Shown here in pieces: positions 48,193-57,695 of a DNA stretch of 64,000 nucleotides; the stretch's first letter is position 1; each line of letters begins with the position of its first letter. The stretch is taken from contig SHZT01000005.1 in assembly GCA_009692185.1 (NCBI GenBank), forward strand, positions 84,068-148,067, written 5' to 3'. The notes under the pieces were generated by a model. It did not search any database. It had not been told where the DNA came from and saw only the letters and a program-made list of their open reading frames with translations. The translations under genes were made by a program, and so were the position numbers. The stretch comes from Gemmatimonadota bacterium (GTDB lineage: Bacteria; Gemmatimonadota; Gemmatimonadetes; Gemmatimonadales; GWC2-71-9).

Positions 48193-49320
48193 CTATATAT
48201 GGAACGGAGCGTGGAACGGCGTCGGCATGAAAGTGATCGCGAACAAGATGACGGTGGCCCACCCGAGCCACCAGCGGCTGGCAGGGATGGTTCGCAGACG
48301 ATCGAGCACCGCGGGGTGGGAAACGCGCCCCCGCGAAAAGAGCAGGATCAACGCCGCCCAAAACCACCAGCCGACAAACCAGGTACCGAGCGGAATGAGC
48401 GCCAGCCACATGATGCGCCCGACGACTCTCTGGCGGTCCCCGACCAAGGCATACAACACGTGCCCGCCGTCCAGCTGACCAAGCGGGAGCAGGTTGAGCG
48501 TGGTCACGAACACTCCGACCCAGCCTGCCATGGCGAGCGGATGGAGCTGGACCGTTCCCTCCCCCACCAGCCAGTGCCGAGCGAGGTACGTGACGACGGA
48601 GTCTCCCAGGGGAATCGCCGTACCCTGGAAGAACACCACGAACGGCCATGGGTCGGGCGGAGCGGGAAACACGTGGGACCGGGTGAGGCCGATTCCAAGA
48701 AACAGTACGGCCACGACGAAACCGGCCCACGGCCCGGCGGCACCGACGTCCATGAGCTGGCGGCGGTCGGCGATCGGACTCCGCAGGCGGATGAAGGCGC
48801 CAAAGGTGCCGACGAAGTTCCAGAACCAGGGCGCCGGCAGGAAATACGGCGGCGATGCGTTGATCGCGTACCTGCGGGCCATGAAGTAGTGGCCGAATTC
48901 GTGGGTGAGCAGGATGGCCATCAGGGCAGTCGCGAAGGCGAGCCCCGGACGCAGGGCCAGGAGCCAGCTCCACACCGCGGTGAGCCACCCGCCCGACGCC
49001 CCGGCGGTGTCCGCCGCGACGGCATCGATCCCGAGGAGGGCCCCGCCGGCGGTCACCGTCACGAACGTCACGATGAAGAGCACGGCGTGGAGCCACCAGC
49101 GCTCGCGCTGCGGGCGCCCGAGGGCACGCACCAGGACGATGCGGCCGGGGCCATCTCGCGGGACCCAGTAGTGGTACCCGGGCCACCCGTCGAGCAGGCG
49201 CCTCAGCTCGGGAGACGGACCACGATGGGCCGGGTCCACGAGCGCGTCGATGATTTCCCGGTCACGCACCACGGTGGTGCGCCAGAACGAGAGGACATCG
49301 GAGAACGGGGGGATGGTCAT
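48193..49320 (-). CDS. M50 family site-2 protease-like intramembrane metalloprotease
   Basis: HEFGHYFMARRY (HExxH within a TM segment) and LLPLGQLDGGHV (second metal-ligand motif) are present. The protein is polytopic. Confidence 0.85.
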   Translation of the reverse strand: MTIPPFSDVLSFWRTTVVRDREIIDALVDPAHRGPSPELRRLLDGWPGYHYWVPRDGPGRIVLVRALGRPQRERWWLHAVLFIVTFVTVTAGGALLGIDAVAADTAGASGGWLTAVWSWLLALRPGLAFATALMAILLTHEFGHYFMARRYAINASPPYFLPAPWFWNFVGTFGAFIRLRSPIADRRQLMDVGAAGPWAGFVVAVLFLGIGLTRSHVFPAPPDPWPFVVFFQGTAIPLGDSVVTYLARHWLVGEGTVQLHPLAMAGWVGVFVTTLNLLPLGQLDGGHVLYALVGDRQRVVGRIMWLALIPLGTWFVGWWFWAALILLFSRGRVSHPAVLDRLRTIPASRWWLGWATVILFAITFMPTPFHAPFHI

Positions 49321-49325
49321 CGGGC

Positions 49326-49354
49326 TTGACGGCGTACCGGGCTACTCCTATCTT
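49326..49354 (+). promoter_or_regulatory. candidate sigma-70 promoter for rho (TTGACG-N17-TATCTT), followed by a ~110-nt C/U-rich leader
   Basis: The hexamers were read directly. The leader contains CTTCTGCGTTCTTCTCTGCGACCCC. Confidence 0.4.
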
Positions 49355-49470
49355 GGCGGCGACTTCTGCGTTCTTCTCTGCGACCCCAAGCGTACTCATC
49401 AAGAACTGCGCGGCACCCCAACCGGGTGCATTCCTTCTTACGGCTACCCCACCGACTTACGGCATCAGGT

Positions 49471-50733
49471 ATGGAAACCCAAGTAGACATTGCTGATCTG
49501 AAGAAGAAGTCCGTCGCGGAGCTGCACGCGATGGCCGAGGAATTGAACATCACCAACTACTCGGGGCTACGCAAGCAGGATTTGATCTTCCGGATCGAGC
49601 AATCGCTGCTCGATTCCGACACGGTTCTCCGCAGTGAGGGTGTGCTGGAGATCCTGCCGGAAGGTTACGGGTTCCTCCGCAGCCAGGATTGGAACTACCT
49701 CTACGGGCCCGACGACATCTATGTCAGCCCGAGCCAGATCAAGCGATTCGACCTGCGCACCGGCGACACGGTGCTCGGCCAGGTGCGGCCGCCCAAGGAG
49801 GGCGAGCGTTACCTCGCCCTGCTCAAGGTCGAGACGGTCAACTTCGACGAGCCGGACAAGGCCAAGCACCGCATCGCGTTCGACAACCTGCGTCCGCGCT
49901 ACCCGGACCGGCGCATCAAGCTGGAACGCAAGGACAGCGAAATCTCGATGCGGGTGCTCGACATTCTCGCGCCCATCGGGTTCGGTCAGCGCGGCCTGAT
50001 CGTCTCGCCGCCCAAGGCCGGCAAGACCATCCTCCTCCAGAAGCTCGCCAACTCCATCACCGAGAATCACCCGGACGTCACACTCATCGTGCTGCTCATC
50101 GACGAGCGGCCAGAGGAAGTGACGGACATGGAGGAGAACGTGAAGGCGGAGGTCATTTCCTCCACGTTCGACGAGCCCGCCGACCGCCACGTGCAGGTGG
50201 CGGACATGGTCATCGAGAAGGCCAAGCGGCTGGTGGAACACCGGAAGGACGTGATCATCCTGCTGGACTCGATCACGCGCCTGGCGCGGGCCCACAACGT
50301 GGTGGTGCCGCACTCGGGCAAGATTCTCTCCGGCGGCGTGGACGCCAACGCGCTGCAGAAGCCCAAGCGGTTCTTCGGCGCCGCCCGCAACATCGAGGGC
50401 GGCGGCTCGCTGACGATCATCGCGACGGCGCTCATCGAGACGGGCAGCCGCATGGACGAAGTGATCTTCGAGGAATTCAAGGGCACCGGCAACATGGAAG
50501 TGATCCTGGACCGCCGGATCGCCGATCGCCGCATCTACCCCGCGGTCGAGGTGCAGCGGAGTTCCACCCGGAAAGAAGAGCTCCTGCTCGACAAGGAAGA
50601 GCTCAACAAGATCTACCTGCTCCGCAATTTCCTGGCGGACATGCCGCCGGTCGAGGCGATCGAGTTCCTGCTGGAGCGCATGAAACGCACGAAGAACAAC
50701 AAGGAGTTCTTCGCGACGATGCAGCAGGGCTAG
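49471..50733 (+). CDS. rho: transcription termination factor Rho
   Basis: ATG 49471 ([25 protein letters not shown]). It has the RNA-binding CSD-like domain (GYGFLR). Walker A is PPKAGKT. The C-terminus carries ...STRKEELL. Length is 420 aa. Confidence 0.97.
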   Translation: METQVDIADLKKKSVAELHAMAEELNITNYSGLRKQDLIFRIEQSLLDSDTVLRSEGVLEILPEGYGFLRSQDWNYLYGPDDIYVSPSQIKRFDLRTGDTVLGQVRPPKEGERYLALLKVETVNFDEPDKAKHRIAFDNLRPRYPDRRIKLERKDSEISMRVLDILAPIGFGQRGLIVSPPKAGKTILLQKLANSITENHPDVTLIVLLIDERPEEVTDMEENVKAEVISSTFDEPADRHVQVADMVIEKAKRLVEHRKDVIILLDSITRLARAHNVVVPHSGKILSGGVDANALQKPKRFFGAARNIEGGGSLTIIATALIETGSRMDEVIFEEFKGTGNMEVILDRRIADRRIYPAVEVQRSSTRKEELLLDKEELNKIYLLRNFLADMPPVEAIEFLLERMKRTKNNKEFFATMQQG

Positions 50734-50811
50734 GCGGATGGGCGGATGGGCGGATGAGCGGAAAGAACCTGCGGATCACTCATCCGCTCATCCGCTCAAC
50801 CACTTATCCGC
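50733..50811. repeat. 8-nt stutter palindrome: (GGCGGATG)x3 + degenerate unit on the left, (TCATCCGC, TCATCCGC, TCAACCAC, TTATCCGC) on the right
   Basis: Read directly. GCGGATGAGCGG (left) and CCGCTCATCCGC (right) can form a perfect 12-bp stem. The element overlaps the first ~25 codons of the ruvX ORF as called. Confidence 0.85.
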
Positions 50812-51244
50812 TCACGTTCCCCCGGTCGGCCGTCTCCTCGCCGTGGATTGGGGAGAGAAACGCATCGGCCTCGCCCTGTCGGACCCTACCCAGACCCTCG
50901 CCCAGCCCCTGGCCACACTCAGCCGGCGGAGCGGGCGGCGGTTTCCCATGAAAGCATTCCGGGAACACGTCGAAACACACCTGCCCGTTGGTTTCGTGGT
51001 GGGCCTTCCCATCGAGGGCGAAGGCACGCTCGGCCCCGCCGCGAAAGCCGCCCAGGAACTCGGCGACCTCATCGGGCGAAGCACCGGCTTGCCGGTGGTG
51101 TTCCAGGACGAGCGCATGACTACGGCCCGCGCACGGCGGGCGGTGGACGACATGGGCGGGAAGACGCGCGGCCGTGAGGGAGAGGTGGACCAGCTCGCGG
51201 CGACGGTCTTGCTGCAGGCGTTCCTCGACGCTCGGCGACGGTGA
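50738..51244 (+). CDS. ruvX: Holliday junction resolvase-like nuclease RuvX/YqgF
   Basis: RLLAVDWGEKRIGLALSD....GFVVGLPIEGEGT...VVFQDERMTT matches YqgF. The only canonical in-frame start upstream of the conserved core is ATG 50738, which gives a ~28-aa N-terminal extension encoded by the repeat element. Confidence 0.85.
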   Translation: MGGWADERKEPADHSSAHPLNHLSAHVPPVGRLLAVDWGEKRIGLALSDPTQTLAQPLATLSRRSGRRFPMKAFREHVETHLPVGFVVGLPIEGEGTLGPAAKAAQELGDLIGRSTGLPVVFQDERMTTARARRAVDDMGGKTRGREGEVDQLAATVLLQAFLDARRR

Positions 51245-52191
51245 AACGCGTCCTCGTCGTCGCCGTGGCAGCAAGCCTGGCGTGCGGAGGGGGCAGCGGG
51301 CCGCCAGTCCAGGTCGTAATCCCCGAAGGCGCGACCCTCCGGGCCGCCGCGGAGTCGCTGACGGCGAGAGGGGTCATCGGTTCCGCCGGCTGGTTTCGCT
51401 GGTACGCCACGCTGCTTCAGGGGTCCGGGGATATCCCGGCGGGCGTGTACCGGCTCCGGACGGGAATGTCGGCGGGCCGCGCGCTCGCCGCGCTGGCGGG
51501 GGGGCGCGCCGCCCTCAGGCGGATCGTGGTCCCGGAAGGCTTGATGCTCGGGGAGGTGGCGAACACCGTCTCACGGCAGCTGAGTGTACCCCAGGCCGAC
51601 ATCGAGAACGCCGCGACCGACTCGGCATTACTCGCCCGCGCCGGATCGCCAGGCCCCACGCTCGAGGGATACCTCTATCCCAGCACCTACCTGGTGCGCT
51701 ACGGGGCCCCGCCCCGGGAAATCCTGGCGCAGATGGTGGACGAGTTCCTGGCCAACTGGCAGCCCGGGTGGAACGCGCGGCTCGACGCCATCAAGCTCAC
51801 GCGGCACCAGGTCGTGACGCTTGCCTCGATCGTCGAGGGCGAGGTGCGGTACGAGCCGGACCGGAAGTATGTCGCGTCGGTGTACCTCAACCGCTTGCGG
51901 AAGGGGATGCGCCTGCAGGCGGACCCGACGGTGATCTACGCCCTGGGCAAGCGACGCCGCCTGTTCGAGAAGGACTACCTGTTCCGGTCCCGCTACAACA
52001 CGTACCTGGTCGACGGTCTTCCACCCGGTCCCATCGGCCAGCCATCGGCCGCGAGCATCGAGGCTGCGCTCTACCCGGCGGAGACCTCGTTCCTGTACTT
52101 CGTGGCGCAGGGAGACGGCAAGCACGTGTTTTCGCGCACGTACCCCGAGCACTTGCAGGCCATCCGTACCGCGAGGGTCACCGCGCGCTGA
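51241..52191 (+). CDS. mltG: endolytic murein transglycosylase (YceG family)
   Basis: The GTG overlaps the ruvX stop. YceG motifs are LEGYLYPSTY, TLASIVEGE, VYLNRLRKGMRLQADPTV, YNTYLVDGLPPGPI and the ending ..YFVAQGDGKHVFSRTYPEH. Confidence 0.9.
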   Translation: MKRVLVVAVAASLACGGGSGPPVQVVIPEGATLRAAAESLTARGVIGSAGWFRWYATLLQGSGDIPAGVYRLRTGMSAGRALAALAGGRAALRRIVVPEGLMLGEVANTVSRQLSVPQADIENAATDSALLARAGSPGPTLEGYLYPSTYLVRYGAPPREILAQMVDEFLANWQPGWNARLDAIKLTRHQVVTLASIVEGEVRYEPDRKYVASVYLNRLRKGMRLQADPTVIYALGKRRRLFEKDYLFRSRYNTYLVDGLPPGPIGQPSAASIEAALYPAETSFLYFVAQGDGKHVFSRTYPEHLQAIRTARVTAR

Positions 52192-52813
52192 CCGCCCGGT
52201 CCACCGCGTCACGGATGCCCCGGGCGGCCTTCTCGATGTCCGGTGCGTGGAAAATCGCTCCGATGACCGCGACACCCCGGGCGCCCGCCGCGATCACCGG
52301 TTCCGCGTTGGCGGCGGTGATGCCGCCAATCGCGATCACCGGCATGCCGCGCGGCGCCAGGCGTGCCAGGCGGGCAAATCCCGGTGGCTCGAGCGGATCT
52401 CCCGCGTCGGGCTTCGAGGCAGTACGATACACCGGGCCCACGCTCCAGTAAGCCACGCCATCGGCGCCGGCGACCCTGGCCTCTTCCGGGGACCCAACCG
52501 AGAGGCCGATCCGAAACGGCGGTGGGAGGAGCGCGCGAAGCGGCCCAGGGGGTATATCATCCTGCCCCACGTGCACGCCCGCCGCGCCGGCCGCCCACGC
52601 AACATCGGCCCGGTCGTTGATGTAGAGCGGCACGGAAAGCCGGGCGAGCAGGGCCCGCGCGGCCTGGAACACGTGGCCGGCCGCGGCGCCCTTGATGCGA
52701 AGCTGAATGGCCGTCGCGCCGCCGGATTCGGCGGCGAGCGCGGCCGCGACGAGGTCGCGGCCGGCCAGGACCGAGGGATCCACGACGGCGACAACTCTCA
52801 GGTCAAGCGACAC
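52178..52813 (-). CDS. thiE: thiamine-phosphate synthase
   Basis: GTG start. ThiE family motifs are ..AIQLRIKG....LYINDRADVAWAAGAAGVHVGQDD...IGLSV....DGVAYWSVGPVY.T.SK.... Confidence 0.9.
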   Translation of the reverse strand: MSLDLRVVAVVDPSVLAGRDLVAAALAAESGGATAIQLRIKGAAAGHVFQAARALLARLSVPLYINDRADVAWAAGAAGVHVGQDDIPPGPLRALLPPPFRIGLSVGSPEEARVAGADGVAYWSVGPVYRTASKPDAGDPLEPPGFARLARLAPRGMPVIAIGGITAANAEPVIAAGARGVAVIGAIFHAPDIEKAARGIRDAVDRAVSAR

Positions 52814-52824
52814 GAGGACAACGC

Positions 52825-53181
52825 ATGGCGGTTCGAGGGATCCGCGGGGCGACCGCGGTCAAGACGGATACATCGGAAGCCGTGCTGGCGGCGACGCGCG
52901 AACTCCTCGAGGCGCTGGTCGCCGCGAACGGGATCGTGCCCGACGACATCGCCTCCGTGATTTTCACGGTCACTCCCGATCTCCGCAGTGACTTCCCCGC
53001 GCATGCCGCGCGGCAGATGGGCTGGATCAACGTGGCGCTCCTCGGCGCCACCGAGATGGACGTACCGGCCGGGCTGAAACGCTGCATACGCGTGCTCCTG
53101 CACGTCAACACCGACCGCCCTGCCAGCGTCATACAACACGTGTACCTCCACGAGGCGAAGTCGCTGCGCCCCGACCGGTGA
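52825..53181 (+). CDS. aroH: chorismate mutase, AroH class
   Basis: MAVRGIRGATAV......A..ELL..L...N.I..DDIASVIFTVTPDL...FPA is the typical AroH-class monofunctional CM. Length is 118 aa. Confidence 0.9.
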   Translation: MAVRGIRGATAVKTDTSEAVLAATRELLEALVAANGIVPDDIASVIFTVTPDLRSDFPAHAARQMGWINVALLGATEMDVPAGLKRCIRVLLHVNTDRPASVIQHVYLHEAKSLRPDR

Positions 53182-54347
53182 CCCCGCCCCCGAGCGTCAC
53201 CGTCAGCGCCAAGGGGGCCGCGCGCTGGAAGCAGGGACATCCGTGGATCTACCGCTCCGACGTGGACGCCGGCCGCATGCCGCCCGGCATCGTTCGGGTC
53301 ACCGACGCACGCGGCCGCTTTCTCGGCCAGGCCCTGTGGAGTCCAACGTCTGAAATCCGGTTGCGCCTCCTCACCACCGCCGAGCCCCCCGTGGACGCCA
53401 CTTGGTGGACCGCGATGCTCATGGCGGCGAACCAGCGACGCAGCGCGCGCACGGGAGCCGGCGCCGCCTATCGCGTCGTGCACGGGGAGGCGGACGGCCT
53501 GCCGTCGCTCATCGTAGACCGGTACGGGGACTACGCCGTCGCCCAACTCCTGTCGGCGGGTCTTGAAGCACAACGCGACCACATCGTTCACGCCATTCGC
53601 GCCACGCTCGACCCGAAGGGAATCCTGCTTCGGAACGACGCATCCGTCCGGCGTCACGAGGGGCTTGCGATCGAGGTGGTGGACGCCCTGGGGTCGGTCC
53701 CCGAAAGCGTCGAGGTAATCGAGGGCCCCGTCCGCTACCTGGCGGCGCCGCGCACCGGCCAGAAGACCGGGGCATTCCTGGACCAGCGGGACAACCGGGA
53801 AATGATGGGCGCCCTGTCACACGGACGCGCGCTGGACCTGTTCACCTACAACGGTCTCTTCGCGCTGCATCTCGCGCGGACCGCAGATGCCGTCGTCGCG
53901 GTGGACTCGAGCGCGCCCGCCCTGGACATCGCGCGGCGCAATGCCGACCTCAACCGCGTGACGAACATCGAGTGGCGCGAGGCGAACGTGTTCGACCTGC
54001 TGCGGGAACTGGAGCGCTCCGGCCAGCGGTTCGACACCGTGGTGCTCGACCCGCCGGCGTTCGCGAAGCGGAAGGACGCCGTCGAGCGCGCGGTCGCCGG
54101 TTACAAGGAAATCAACCTGCGGGCCATGCGCGTGCTGGCCCCGGGCGGCGTGTTGTTCACGGCGTCCTGTTCTTTCCACGTTGGGCGCGCGGTGTTCTTC
54201 GACATGCTGGCGGATGCGGCGGCGGACAGCGGGCGACGGATGGCGCTGGAGCGGATGGTAGGGCCGAGTGCCGATCACCCGGAGCTCCTGGCGGTTCCGG
54301 AGACGGGTTACCTCAAGGGGGCGGTGCTGCGGGCGGTAGACCCGTAA
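53178..54347 (+). CDS. rlmI: class I SAM-dependent rRNA (cytosine-C5) methyltransferase, RlmI-like
   Basis: It has an N-terminal PUA-like region (KQGHPWIYRSDV). The methyltransferase core is ALDLFTYNGLFALHLA..VVAVDSS..AL....N..LN and FDTVVLDPPAFAK. Length is 389 aa. Confidence 0.85.
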   Translation: MTPPPSVTVSAKGAARWKQGHPWIYRSDVDAGRMPPGIVRVTDARGRFLGQALWSPTSEIRLRLLTTAEPPVDATWWTAMLMAANQRRSARTGAGAAYRVVHGEADGLPSLIVDRYGDYAVAQLLSAGLEAQRDHIVHAIRATLDPKGILLRNDASVRRHEGLAIEVVDALGSVPESVEVIEGPVRYLAAPRTGQKTGAFLDQRDNREMMGALSHGRALDLFTYNGLFALHLARTADAVVAVDSSAPALDIARRNADLNRVTNIEWREANVFDLLRELERSGQRFDTVVLDPPAFAKRKDAVERAVAGYKEINLRAMRVLAPGGVLFTASCSFHVGRAVFFDMLADAAADSGRRMALERMVGPSADHPELLAVPETGYLKGAVLRAVDP

Positions 54348-55925
54348 TCAGGGTCGCACCAGCCCGTCGATCCACGTTCCCAGCGTTGCCACGAGTTCGG
54401 GGACGATGGGCACGGTAGGATCCTGATACAACGCGAGCTGCGCCATGCGGCCCGTTCCTGCCGCCGCCTTGTACACGTGGTTCGCCTGCGGGATGATCGC
54501 GAGCTGGGCGTCAGGCCGGACGCCCCGGAACAACTGGGCGTCCGCGAGGGAGACCTGGATGTCCGCTCCCCCTTGCACGATGAGCAGGGCGCCCCGGGCC
54601 GCGCGGGCGGCGGCCAGCGGGTCAAACGCCGCCACCGAGGCCGCGAAGCGCCGGTTCACGGGAAGCAGGAGCGGCCGCAGGTACTCGGGGACGTTGACCA
54701 GGTCCTCGCCGGCAACGTAGCGCGGGAAGAGTTCGGCGAATCGCCTCGCGGCAACGGAATCCACCTGGCGCCGCAATTGATCCGTCACCACGTCGGCAAA
54801 CCGGCGCCCCGGAGTCGCGAGGAGCGCAATGCCGGCCACGGGAAACACGCCTCGCGCCGCGGCCCGGAGCGCGAGGAGTCCGCCCTCGCTGTGCCCGATC
54901 ACCACCACCGGGCCGAAGCGGGTGTCACCGAGCGCCGCGCTCACCGCCGCAACGACATCTCCCGCAAAATCGTCGAACGTGAGCGAGTCCGGCCGCGCCC
55001 CGCCCCGGCTTTCCCCCACCCAGCGCTTGTCGTACCGGATCGACGCGATACCCCGCTCCGCGAGCTTCCAGGCGAGCTGGGCATACGTGTTGGTGCGGAG
55101 CACCGGCGCCGCGTTGCCGTTCCGGTCCACGCCCCCTGAGCCCGCACCGATGACGGCAAGCGGGATCCGCCCGGTTGCCGACGGGGGCACCGTGAGTGTC
55201 CCTGCCAGGCGGGCGCCAGCGCTCAGGATGGCCAACGGCGACTCGCGCGCCTTCACCGGCGGGGCGGTGTCTGCGGCCAGGGTCTCCGACGCCGCAAATG
55301 CCACGTCGGCGCGCCACTCCACCGAGAGGCGCTGGGCGGGCACCGACACGGAGCGCAACCACCCATCCCGGTCCGTCGTCACGCGCATCGACACGCCGCC
55401 CACGTCCACGGTGCCGGTGTCGCCCTTGAACGACATCCGGAGCTGTCCGACCCGCCCGCCGTCGGGAAACCAGACGTCGAGGACCTGCACGCCGCCCGCG
55501 GGACGGCTGTACCGGAGCAGGATCGCGGCGAGGTGGGAGAAGAGCCGGTTCTGCATCGTGGCGTAGGGGCGCATGACGAATGCCGAGTCGGCGGATGCCG
55601 CGCCTGCCGTGCGGGCCGTCCAACGCACCGAGTCACTGAACGCCGCGTCCATTTCCTGGATCGCCGACCGGCCTCCGCCACCGAACACCGCTGCGCGAAA
55701 GCGCGTAGGTGAGAGCGCCGGGTTGTACTCGGTCCGCGTCGTCAGCCGGATGCCCCGGCCAGTGACCTCGACGTCGGCCTCGAGCGTCGAGCCGTCAAAC
55801 CGGTATCGCTCTCGAGCGATTTCCTTGCCGTCCTGGTGCGCCACGAACCCGCCCGTGCGGACCTGGGCGAAGGCCGGCGCGGCGACCGTGCCGGTCAGGA
55901 GGATTGCAATGCTCCAACGATGCAT
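54348..55925 (-). CDS. secreted alpha/beta hydrolase with N-terminal beta-rich domain
   Basis: ATG 55925 gives the signal MHRWSIAILLTGTVAAPAFAQ. The nucleophile elbow is VVVIGHSEGG. The upstream 333 codons of the track ORF are antisense to the CDF gene and are rejected. Confidence 0.75.
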   Translation of the reverse strand: MHRWSIAILLTGTVAAPAFAQVRTGGFVAHQDGKEIARERYRFDGSTLEADVEVTGRGIRLTTRTEYNPALSPTRFRAAVFGGGGRSAIQEMDAAFSDSVRWTARTAGAASADSAFVMRPYATMQNRLFSHLAAILLRYSRPAGGVQVLDVWFPDGGRVGQLRMSFKGDTGTVDVGGVSMRVTTDRDGWLRSVSVPAQRLSVEWRADVAFAASETLAADTAPPVKARESPLAILSAGARLAGTLTVPPSATGRIPLAVIGAGSGGVDRNGNAAPVLRTNTYAQLAWKLAERGIASIRYDKRWVGESRGGARPDSLTFDDFAGDVVAAVSAALGDTRFGPVVVIGHSEGGLLALRAAARGVFPVAGIALLATPGRRFADVVTDQLRRQVDSVAARRFAELFPRYVAGEDLVNVPEYLRPLLLPVNRRFAASVAAFDPLAAARAARGALLIVQGGADIQVSLADAQLFRGVRPDAQLAIIPQANHVYKAAAGTGRMAQLALYQDPTVPIVPELVATLGTWIDGLVRP

Positions 55926-56006
55926 TCTCAAATATGCAGCGGCATGGCGGCGTGAGCGGCATCCTTCCGGTTGACATCCCCTTCGGACTCCGCGAACGTT
56001 CCACGC

Positions 56007-56885
56007 ATGTCGCCCGCGCGCGCGGACGCGCACGATCGTCCCACCCAAATCAAGCGGGTACTCCTCGGCCTTCTCGCGGCGAACCTCGCTGTCGTCGCGG
56101 CCAAGTTCGTGATTGGGGCGGCGAGCGGGTCGCTGGCCGTCCTCTCGGACGGCGTCCACTCGTCGATCGATTCGATCAACAACGTGCTGGGGCTTGCGGT
56201 GATCTGGGTGGCCGCTCGCGGGCCGGATGAAGACCACCCGTATGGCCACAACAAGTTCGAAACGCTGGGGGCGCTCGGCATCGTGGGGTTTCTCTCGATC
56301 TCGGGTTTCGAGGTGATCAAGGGCGCGGTCGCGCGCCTCATTCACGGCGCCGAACCCCTCGCCATCACCAACACCCAGGTAGCCGTCCTGGTGGGCACGC
56401 TGTTCATCAACAGTGGCGTCGCCGTCTACGAGAACCGCCGCGGACACGAACTCGGGTCGGAAATCCTCCTCGCGGACGCCGCGCACACGCGGGCTGACGT
56501 GTTCATCACCCTCGGCGTACTCTCCGGTGTCATGCTGTCCCGCGCGGGATTCGGGTTCGCCGATCCCCTGGTGGCACTCGGCATCGCGGGGGTGATCGTC
56601 TGGATTGCCTACGGCATCGTCCGGCGGTCCGTGCCCGTGCTGGTGGACGAGCACGCGGTGCCGGCCGGCGTCATTCGCCAGGCGGCGGAGGCCGTCGCCG
56701 GCGTCCACAGCGCCTACCAGATCCGTTCCCGCGGCGCGCGCCACCAGCGCTTCGCGGAAGTCACGATCTCCGTGGACCGGACGGCGACCGTCGACGCCGC
56801 ACACCAGATCGCCGACGCGGTCGAGGCGCGCCTGCGGGTCGAGCTCGAATTGCACGAAGTCCTGATCCACATCGAGCCATGCTGA
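56007..56885 (+). CDS. cation diffusion facilitator (CDF) family metal transporter
   Basis: AKFVIGAASGSLAVLSDGVHSSIDS....DEDHPYGHNKFE matches CDF signatures. It has six TM segments plus a cytoplasmic C-terminal domain. The start is ATG 56007, or TTG 55971 in the track. Confidence 0.88.
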   Translation: MSPARADAHDRPTQIKRVLLGLLAANLAVVAAKFVIGAASGSLAVLSDGVHSSIDSINNVLGLAVIWVAARGPDEDHPYGHNKFETLGALGIVGFLSISGFEVIKGAVARLIHGAEPLAITNTQVAVLVGTLFINSGVAVYENRRGHELGSEILLADAAHTRADVFITLGVLSGVMLSRAGFGFADPLVALGIAGVIVWIAYGIVRRSVPVLVDEHAVPAGVIRQAAEAVAGVHSAYQIRSRGARHQRFAEVTISVDRTATVDAAHQIADAVEARLRVELELHEVLIHIEPC

Positions 56886-57691
56886 CCAAGCCTCGCCCCC
56901 GTCCCGCGCGCTCACGGCAGCCACACTCCCTGCGCCAGGAGTACGAAGAGTTCATTCTCCAGCGCATCGAGGACTTCAAGAACGAGATGTCCCGGGACCG
57001 GCTGCTGGCTCTGGCCGACGAGGCGGTGCAGGAGCTCGAGACCGACGCGGCCGAGCAGCTGATTCTCACCGAGGTGCTGGTGCTGGAGCATGTGGACCGG
57101 CTGATCATGCGGCGCCTGCGCCTGCCGGTATACAAGCGCTGGCGGGACCGGCACGTGAAGCTCCGGCAAGCCCAGCTGGACCCGACGCACTGGGGCCTGG
57201 CGTCCGACACGCCCCTGGCCAGCCTGGCCGGCCGGCTCGACGAGAATGACCAGGCGCTGGTGCTTGGCGCGGGCGCGGTGGCCGCCGCGCTATTCCTTGC
57301 GGCGCAGGACGCGAACGTCCTGCTCCTCGACGACGACCTCGCGACCATTGAGGCGGCCGAGGCGCGGGCCGGGACGGAGGCCGTCGCGGCCCGGTTCCAG
57401 GCCCTCGTGGTGAGCCTGGGCGGCTGGTTCCCCGAGGCAACGCCGGCCCTGGTGGTCATGGACGCCACCACGATGGCCGAGCTTACCGAGCCCGTTCGCG
57501 TGAGGATCGTGGACATGCTGAAGGAGTGCACGCCGGCTGGCGGCATTCACTGCATCCTGCCGGCCGAGCACGGGCGGGACGTCATCCCGCTCGCGCCGGA
57601 AGCCCTGCATGCGTTCTATGCCGACTGGATCGTCGAGCGGGCCCGCCGGTCGGGATCGCGGGCCCGCTGGTTTTTCGCCACCAAGCCCTGA
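56879..57691 (+). CDS. hypothetical protein: helical N-terminal region + degenerate Rossmann/methyltransferase-like C-terminal half
   Basis: 270 aa, overlapping the CDF stop by 7 nt. LVLGAGAVAAALFLAAQDANVLLLDDD resembles SAM-MTase motif I plus the acidic beta-2 end, but is degenerate. Confidence 0.45.
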   Translation: MLTKPRPRPARSRQPHSLRQEYEEFILQRIEDFKNEMSRDRLLALADEAVQELETDAAEQLILTEVLVLEHVDRLIMRRLRLPVYKRWRDRHVKLRQAQLDPTHWGLASDTPLASLAGRLDENDQALVLGAGAVAAALFLAAQDANVLLLDDDLATIEAAEARAGTEAVAARFQALVVSLGGWFPEATPALVVMDATTMAELTEPVRVRIVDMLKECTPAGGIHCILPAEHGRDVIPLAPEALHAFYADWIVERARRSGSRARWFFATKP

Positions 57692-57695
57692 AACC

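Noticed and set aside
52814-52824. TPP riboswitch upstream of thiE
   Set aside because: Only 11 bp separate the thiE start from the divergent aroH start, which leaves no room for a ~100-nt THI element. No THI-box-like sequence (CUGAGA..ACCUGA) was seen in the adjacent coding sequence.
55926-56924. N-terminal 333-codon extension of the alpha/beta hydrolase ORF (track ORF 54348-56924)
   Set aside because: It is antisense to the well-supported CDF transporter gene. A signal peptide begins at the internal ATG 55925, and the extension has no recognisable domain.
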